DNA of 64,000 nucleotides from Gallionella sp. (GTDB lineage Bacteria; Pseudomonadota; Gammaproteobacteria; Burkholderiales; Gallionellaceae): NCBI GenBank assembly GCA_023229845.1, contig JALNYK010000008.1, positions 13,781 to 77,780 of the forward strand, read 5' to 3'. Shown piece by piece: positions 59,040 to 64,000 of this stretch (position 1 is its first letter; each line of letters starts with the position of its first letter). The notes under the pieces were generated by a model. It saw only the letters and a program-made list of their open reading frames with translations, ran no database searches and was not told where the DNA came from. The position numbers and the translations under genes were made by a program.

Positions 59040-60302
59040 CTAGAAGGATGCCTCCAGCCTGAACCCGATCACCCAAGCATCCTTCAATGCCGGGTCCATG
59101 TTCGGGTTCACGATGTATTGTACGCTCGGCTGCAACGCCAGCCAGGACTGCAACTGCATGCGGTAGGTCATCTCGACGACGGTCTCGGACGACTCGCTTG
59201 CGTTCAGCAAACGATACTTGGCGCTCGCATGGCTGTTGGTCACCGCGATGCCGGCGGCATCGTCGTCGCGGCCGTCGAACAGGCCCTGGTAATTCAAGCC
59301 CAGACTGCCCGACCAGTTGGCCTGATAGACATTCTTGTTGACCACGCCGAAACGCACGAAGCCGGAAAGCCCCTGCGCAGAATTGCCCTGCTCGGCCATC
59401 AGCGTGCGCTCGGCGACGATGTACGCGCCCTGATCGGTGCGCTGATCCGGAATTGCCGGATCGAGATCGGCCGCGCGCGCGGTGTAGCGCCACAGGCCGA
59501 CTGCCGTCTTGTCGTACTGGCCCTCTTCCGTCTCCGGGGTGTAGCCGAATTCGGCCACCGCGAGGCTGCCGTCGCCCTGATCGAACCTGATCTGGGTGCC
59601 GTGAGGATCGTTGGGGTTGCCCGGCACGCCATCGGTCACTGAGGCCTGCGCGTAGTAGGCATCGCCGGTGTATTTCAGCCGCAGGCCCAATGCGCCCATC
59701 GGAAACACCGGCGGGCCGTTGCGTCCGGTCTGCGCCATTTCGGCGGACATGCCGTAGGGCGGCTGCAGGAACAGACCGGAGGTGTCGGTCACATAGAATT
59801 CGGAATCGACGGCATACAGGCCGGCCAATACCGAGAGGCTGTCGCCGGCGAAATTCTGCTGCAACCATGCCTGATAGAACTGGCCAGTGCTGACGCCGGT
59901 CTCGATATTGGTCACGCCGGCGAAGCCGCCGGTGTAGGCGTTGATCGACTGGTTGCCGTGCTGGACGTGATACTGAACGAAGGCGCTCGCGCCGCTCAAT
60001 CCGGCGAGTTTGTCCAGATCGAAGCCGACCGCCGCCTCGCTGTTCATCAGCACCACGCCGCCACGGGCAGCGCCGCCTGCGGCGTTGACCAGCAGGTCGC
60101 TCTTGTGGGTGAGTTCGACAATGACGCCCTTGTCGCACAGACTGCTGCGCCCCCAGTCGCCGCTCAGCGTGTCCTGCTTGAAGTCGGGACAGTTGTCCGC
60201 GGCAAATGCGACATTACCCACCAACAATCCCGCCAACAACCCCATAAGTATGGCAGCTGTCATGAAGACAGTCGCAACGATCACACGGAGCATCATGCTC
60301 AT
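59040..60302 (-). CDS. Carbohydrate-selective porin, OprB family
   Basis: The signal peptide is MSMMLRVIVATVFMTAAILMGLLAGLLVGNVAFA. The protein is a beta-barrel with the terminal motif GFRLEASF. The start could be any of three nearby Met codons. Confidence 0.78.
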   Translation of the reverse strand: MSMMLRVIVATVFMTAAILMGLLAGLLVGNVAFAADNCPDFKQDTLSGDWGRSSLCDKGVIVELTHKSDLLVNAAGGAARGGVVLMNSEAAVGFDLDKLAGLSGASAFVQYHVQHGNQSINAYTGGFAGVTNIETGVSTGQFYQAWLQQNFAGDSLSVLAGLYAVDSEFYVTDTSGLFLQPPYGMSAEMAQTGRNGPPVFPMGALGLRLKYTGDAYYAQASVTDGVPGNPNDPHGTQIRFDQGDGSLAVAEFGYTPETEEGQYDKTAVGLWRYTARAADLDPAIPDQRTDQGAYIVAERTLMAEQGNSAQGLSGFVRFGVVNKNVYQANWSGSLGLNYQGLFDGRDDDAAGIAVTNSHASAKYRLLNASESSETVVEMTYRMQLQSWLALQPSVQYIVNPNMDPALKDAWVIGFRLEASF

Positions 60303-60404
60303 ATCCTTGTAGAACAATCCCCATTTCCTGTAACTCAATTCCTGCATTTCGTCTTCCCTTTCCATGTCCCATCCGTTTCTGTACCAGCGACCTTGTCGCC
60401 TTCC

Positions 60405-60485
60405 TCAGGCGGCCAATATCTGCAGCACGACCAGCAGGATCAGCAGCGGGGGCAGAGCCAACGCCGCTTCCTTGATTCGTTTCAT
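60405..60485 (-). CDS. Possible 26-aa hydrophobic peptide (not in ORF track)
   Basis: Hand translation gives MKRIKEAALALPPLLILLVVLQILAA, with AAGGAG 6 nt upstream of the ATG. Lies between the MCP and porin genes. Confidence 0.3.
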   Translation of the reverse strand: MKRIKEAALALPPLLILLVVLQILAA

Positions 60486-60530
60486 TAGCGCTCCTTGCGT
60501 TTCACTGTTTCCTTCGCGGTCGCCTAACGG

Positions 60531-62162
60531 TCAGACCTTGTATTTCTCCACGCTGCGGTGCAAATCGGCCGCCAACGCATCGAGCCGGTCCGCAGTGACG
60601 TCGGTGGCTTCCGCCGCCGCGCTGGTTTCCTCGGTCATGTGGGCAATCCGTTCCATTTGTATGGCGATGTCGTGAATCGCGATGTCGCTCTCCTTGATCG
60701 AATTGGCGATTTCTTTCACTCGATTGTTGATCTGATCGCCGTTATGGCCGATCTTCTCCAGCGCCTCCTCGGCGTGTTTGGCCGTTTCGACGCTGCGCGC
60801 CGCCTGCTCGTCCGCCCCGCTCATCGCCTCGACCACATGCTCGATTTCCATCTGAATCGCATCGATCAATCGACCGATCTCCTCGGTCGAACCGCCGGTG
60901 CGCTCGGCCAGCTTGCGCACCTCGTCGGCCACGACCGCGAAGCCGCGCCCCTGCTCGCCGGCACGCGCCGCCTCGATCGCCGCATTCAATGCCAGCAGAT
61001 TGGTCTGGTCGGCGATTTCCTTGATGACCACGACGATCCCGCTGATCCGGCCGGAGCTCTCCGACAGACGCGCGACATTGGCCGCAGAATCCTTGATTGC
61101 CTGAGCGGTCGCGCCCATCCCGGACATGCCTTCGTGCGTGATGTCCAGCGCCTCGCGCGTCTCCCGCCGGCCCTGTTCGGACAGCGTCTCAGACTCCCCG
61201 GTATGCGAAGCGATCTCGCTGATCGCGACGGACAGCTCCTCGGTCGAGGCCGCCACCGTGGCCGAAATATCCGATTGCTGGTGCGTCACGTTCTTCGCCT
61301 GCTCGGTAGTGTGCGCCAATTCCTGCGAAATCGTGGCGATCTCGTCGACCGAGGCTCGCGTCTGGCGGATGATGTCGCGCACCCGGCCGACCAGGTGATT
61401 GAATGCCTGTGCGGTCTGCGCCAGTTCGTCGCGGCCTTCCACAGGCGCCAGAAGCGTGAAGTCGGAGTTGCGCTCCACTTCGCTGATCGTGGCCTGCAAC
61501 CGGGTCAGCGGACGGACGATGGAAAGCGTGATCGTGCGAGCCACGAGGAATGCAATCGCAACGACCGCCAGCAAGGTGTACAGGGCCGTTTTCCGCGCAT
61601 GGCTGGTCTCATCATCGGACTCATCGATCGCCGCCTCCATCTCGTCCACCTGCGACTTGATAAACGGCGCCAACTCGCTCTGCAACGCCAGGCTGGCCTG
61701 ATCGAACTGCCCCATGGTCTTGTTGCCTTCCGCCGAACCGCCAGCGATGTAGGCCTGCGCCATTTTCACGCCGGTCTGGTAATAGACATCGAAATCGGCC
61801 TTGATACGCTGGACTTTATTCAGGCCATCCTGATCGCCCTCGGAGCTGTACATTTTCTGGAACTCGGACAGGTCGCGGTAAAACGAATCTCGGCTGGCCT
61901 CGGCCTCCTTGAATCCGTCGTCCAGACCATCCAGCCCGCGCGTCGCGGAAATATCGGTCAGCCACTGCTGCACCTGGACAACCTCCTTTTCCATGTTCTT
62001 GGCCGCCAGCGCAAACGGCACGCTCTCGACCTTGACGTGGCGCACATGGCCGGAAATGTTGCCCATCGACATCTGCAACCAGCCCCCGAAAGCAACAAAC
62101 AGAGCCAACGGCAAGGCGAAGCCCACCAGCAACCTGCGACCAATCTTTAAATTCTTGAACAT
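60531..62162 (-). CDS. Methyl-accepting chemotaxis protein
   Basis: Start at [15 protein letters not shown]. Two TM helices, HAMP, and the conserved signalling hairpin [40 protein letters not shown]. Confidence 0.92.
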   Translation of the reverse strand: MFKNLKIGRRLLVGFALPLALFVAFGGWLQMSMGNISGHVRHVKVESVPFALAAKNMEKEVVQVQQWLTDISATRGLDGLDDGFKEAEASRDSFYRDLSEFQKMYSSEGDQDGLNKVQRIKADFDVYYQTGVKMAQAYIAGGSAEGNKTMGQFDQASLALQSELAPFIKSQVDEMEAAIDESDDETSHARKTALYTLLAVVAIAFLVARTITLSIVRPLTRLQATISEVERNSDFTLLAPVEGRDELAQTAQAFNHLVGRVRDIIRQTRASVDEIATISQELAHTTEQAKNVTHQQSDISATVAASTEELSVAISEIASHTGESETLSEQGRRETREALDITHEGMSGMGATAQAIKDSAANVARLSESSGRISGIVVVIKEIADQTNLLALNAAIEAARAGEQGRGFAVVADEVRKLAERTGGSTEEIGRLIDAIQMEIEHVVEAMSGADEQAARSVETAKHAEEALEKIGHNGDQINNRVKEIANSIKESDIAIHDIAIQMERIAHMTEETSAAAEATDVTADRLDALAADLHRSVEKYKV

Positions 62163-62328
62163 CACCATCTCTCCTAACCTAAAATCACACCACCCATGCC
62201 GCATGGTCAAACGATCTGCTTCTATTTACAGCCCAACGCTAACTCGGCAGTTAAATCACCTCCGGCATAGCCGGGGGTTTTATCTCACTTATTGGCCTTT
62301 CCATAATTCGTGACAACATGCGGTTACC

Positions 62329-62374
62329 GTAGGTCGGGCTTCAGCCCGATATGTCGGGTTAAAACCCGACCTAC
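62329..62374. repeat. REP doublet GTAGGTCGGGCTTCAGCCCGA-TAT-GTCGGGTTAAAACCCGACCTAC
   Basis: Read directly from the sequence. The identical doublet lies 613 bp to the right. Confidence 0.85.
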
Positions 62375-62416
62375 AAGAGGCGGACGTCCTGTCTTCAATT
62401 ATGGAAAGCTCAATAA

Positions 62417-62704
62417 TTACCAATCTCCGCTATCGAACGTATCCGGCTTCCTGCTGCCCGAAGCGTCGAATACGGACTCCAGCCATAAGTTATCCGCCTC
62501 GATTCTGTTGCCATTGCCCTTCCCCCACTCATCCAGTATCAAAGAAGTCCACGGCTCGCTCGCATGCATTTGTTCTTCTGATTCCGTTAATACTCCCTCG
62601 TAATGATCCTGATTCCCGAATTTCGTATTCAGCGCCAGCAAAGACCAGCCGTGGTTTTTCAGCGCCTCCAATGCGATGTATGCTTCATCCGGTAATCCGC
62701 CCAT
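62417..62704 (-). CDS. Small acidic Trp-rich hypothetical protein (copy 1)
   Basis: 95 aa from MGGLPDEAYIALEALKNHGWSLLAL..., with GGAG 7 nt upstream. 7 aa differences from copy 2. Confidence 0.55.
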   Translation of the reverse strand: MGGLPDEAYIALEALKNHGWSLLALNTKFGNQDHYEGVLTESEEQMHASEPWTSLILDEWGKGNGNRIEADNLWLESVFDASGSRKPDTFDSGDW

Positions 62705-62716
62705 TTTCATTCTCCG

Positions 62717-62842
62717 TTAATGCCCGTGCACGTCGCTGAGCAATTCCTTGATGTCCAGAATCAGCACGATGTCGCCCTCGCTGGACATCGTGACGCCGGC
62801 CCTCCCCTTGGGACGGAAACTATCCAGCGACTTGATCACGAC
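62717..62842 (-). pseudogene. Duplicated 3' fragment of cheA (last 41 codons plus stop)
   Basis: Near-identical to 63330-63455, with no upstream reading frame. Confidence 0.85.
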
Positions 62843-62941
62843 AGCCCAACGTTAATTCGGCAGTTAAATTACCCCCGGCATAGCCGGGGGGTTTACCTCA
62901 CTTATTGGCCTTTCCATAATTCGTGACAACATGCGGTTACC

Positions 62942-62987
62942 GTAGGTCGGGCTTCAGCCCGATATGTCGGGTTAAAACCCGACCTAC
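62942..62987. repeat. REP doublet (second copy within the tandem duplication)
   Basis: Same sequence as 62329-62374. Confidence 0.85.
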
Positions 62988-63029
62988 AAGAGGCGGATGT
63001 CCTGTCTTCAATTATGGAAAGCTCAATAA

Positions 63030-63317
63030 TTACCAATCTCCGCTATCGAACGTATCCGGCTTCCTGCTGCCCGAAGCGTCGAATACGGACTCCAGCCATG
63101 CGTTATCCGCCTCGATTCTGTTGCCATTGCCCTTCCCCCACTCATCCTGTATCAAGGAAGTCCACGACTCGCTCGCATGCATTTGTTCTTCCGTGTCCGT
63201 TAATACTCCCTCGTAATGATCCTGATTCCCGAATTCCGTATCCAGCGCCAGCAAAGACCAACCGTGGTTTTTCAGAGCCTCCAATGCGATGTATGCTTCA
63301 TCCGGCAATCCGCCCAT
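63030..63317 (-). CDS. Small acidic Trp-rich hypothetical protein (copy 2), 12 nt downstream of cheA
   Basis: The 95-aa sequence is MGGLPDEAYIALEALKNHGWSLLALDTEFGNQDHYEGVLTDTEEQMHASESWTSLIQDEWGKGNGNRIEADNAWLESVFDASGSRKPDTFDSGDW. No family recognised. Confidence 0.55.
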   Translation of the reverse strand: MGGLPDEAYIALEALKNHGWSLLALDTEFGNQDHYEGVLTDTEEQMHASESWTSLIQDEWGKGNGNRIEADNAWLESVFDASGSRKPDTFDSGDW

Positions 63318-63329
63318 TTTCGTTCTCCG

Positions 63330-64000
63330 TTAATGCCCGTGCACGTCGCTGAGCAATTCCTTGATGTCCAGAATCAGCACGATGTCGCCCTCGCTGGACA
63401 TCGTGACGCCGGCCACCCCCTTGGGACGGAAACTATCCAGCGACTTGATCACGACATCCTCATGCCCGACAAAGCCGTCTGCCGACAGGATGAAGCTGTT
63501 GTGGCCGAACTGCATCAGTACGCCGACCTCGGATTGCTCGTTGCTCCCCCAGCCGATCAGCTGAGCCAGCGGCAACACCGGCAACACCTCGCCGCGCACC
63601 ACCATGGTCGCGCGTCCCGAAACTTGCTGCAGTTGCTCCTGCGTGACCGGCAATATCTCGCGCACCATGGACAGCGGCACCGCAAACGACTGGTCGGCCA
63701 GCCGTAACACCAGCACCGGCAGGATCGCCAGCGTCAGCGGCAAGGCAATCGTGAACACGCTGCCCCTGCCCGGCTCCGAGTGAATGGCTATCGTGCCGTT
63801 GAGCCGCTGGATGTTGGTCTTAACCACATCCATGCCGACGCCGCGGCCGGACACGCTGGAGACTTCGTCTTTGGTCGAGAAGCCAGGCAGGAAGATCAGT
63901 TCCAGACATTGCCGCTCGTCCAGAGTGCTTCCGGCTTCGCTGGTGATCAGCCCCTTCTCGATTGCCTTGTTGCGGATCGCCTCTGGACGCATGCCGCGAC
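63330..64000 (-). CDS. cheA: Chemotaxis histidine kinase CheA, C-terminal part (gene runs off the right edge)
   Basis: HATPase G-boxes (FLPGFSTKDEVSSVSGRGVGMDVV, GRGSVFTI) followed by a CheW-like domain. Confidence 0.9.
   Translation of the reverse strand, partial: RGMRPEAIRNKAIEKGLITSEAGSTLDERQCLELIFLPGFSTKDEVSSVSGRGVGMDVVKTNIQRLNGTIAIHSEPGRGSVFTIALPLTLAILPVLVLRLADQSFAVPLSMVREILPVTQEQLQQVSGRATMVVRGEVLPVLPLAQLIGWGSNEQSEVGVLMQFGHNSFILSADGFVGHEDVVIKSLDSFRPKGVAGVTMSSEGDIVLILDIKELLSDVHGH

Larger units (their letters stand above)
62230..63455. repeat. Tandem duplication, 2 x 613 bp (62230-62842 and 62843-63455), roughly 95-96% identical by eye
   Basis: Each unit holds a hairpin region, a REP doublet, a 95-aa ORF and the last 126 bp of cheA. 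The junction reads ...CTTGATCACGAC|AGCCCAACG. Confidence 0.9.

Overview
High-GC (hand counts of about 60-70% in core genes) proteobacterial chromosome segment. Gene order suggests a betaproteobacterium, which is inference only. Almost all core genes lie on the minus strand. From left to right: (1) 0.5-11 kb is a copper/silver efflux island, cusCBA plus CusF, YHS, DUF411, DUF2231 and small His/Met-rich proteins. (2) 11-31.6 kb is a conserved housekeeping block: recX-recA, pncC, metZ, purF, cvpA, a SPOR protein, folC, accD, trpA/B/F, truA, fimV, asd and leuB/D/C. (3) 31.7-39.6 kb holds a hydrolase, a ParE-type TA pair, serB and an xdhC-iorA-iorB-mocA molybdoenzyme operon. (4) 39.6-45.3 kb is a mosaic low-GC accessory patch. 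It contains a PIN-like protein plus a single-pass membrane protein, a diverged 5' fragment of nrdJ, an IS10-like element with a 9-bp target duplication and a frameshifted transposase, an orphan XRE antitoxin and a secreted di-CxxCH protein, followed by the intact class II RNR gene nrdJ. (5) 48-56.4 kb holds lpxR and two very large RTX-type secreted proteins, one a serralysin-like protease, that share a near-identical 1.4-kb 3' module. (6) 56.5-64 kb is a signalling block: HDOD, HD-GYP, an OprB-like porin, an MCP, a 613-bp tandem duplication and the cheA 3' end. The window is dense in short palindromic repeats: GTAGG-type REP doublets, a CTCTCCCGCAAGCGGGAGAG family and a CACGAAA-heptamer MITE-like element. 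Several of these are translated inside genes (cusB, nrdJ, mocA, xdhC). I saw no rRNA, tRNA or CRISPR array by eye. The best candidate for an undescribed system is the PIN-like/1-TM cassette at 39.8-41.4 kb. This rests on domain motifs and genomic context only.
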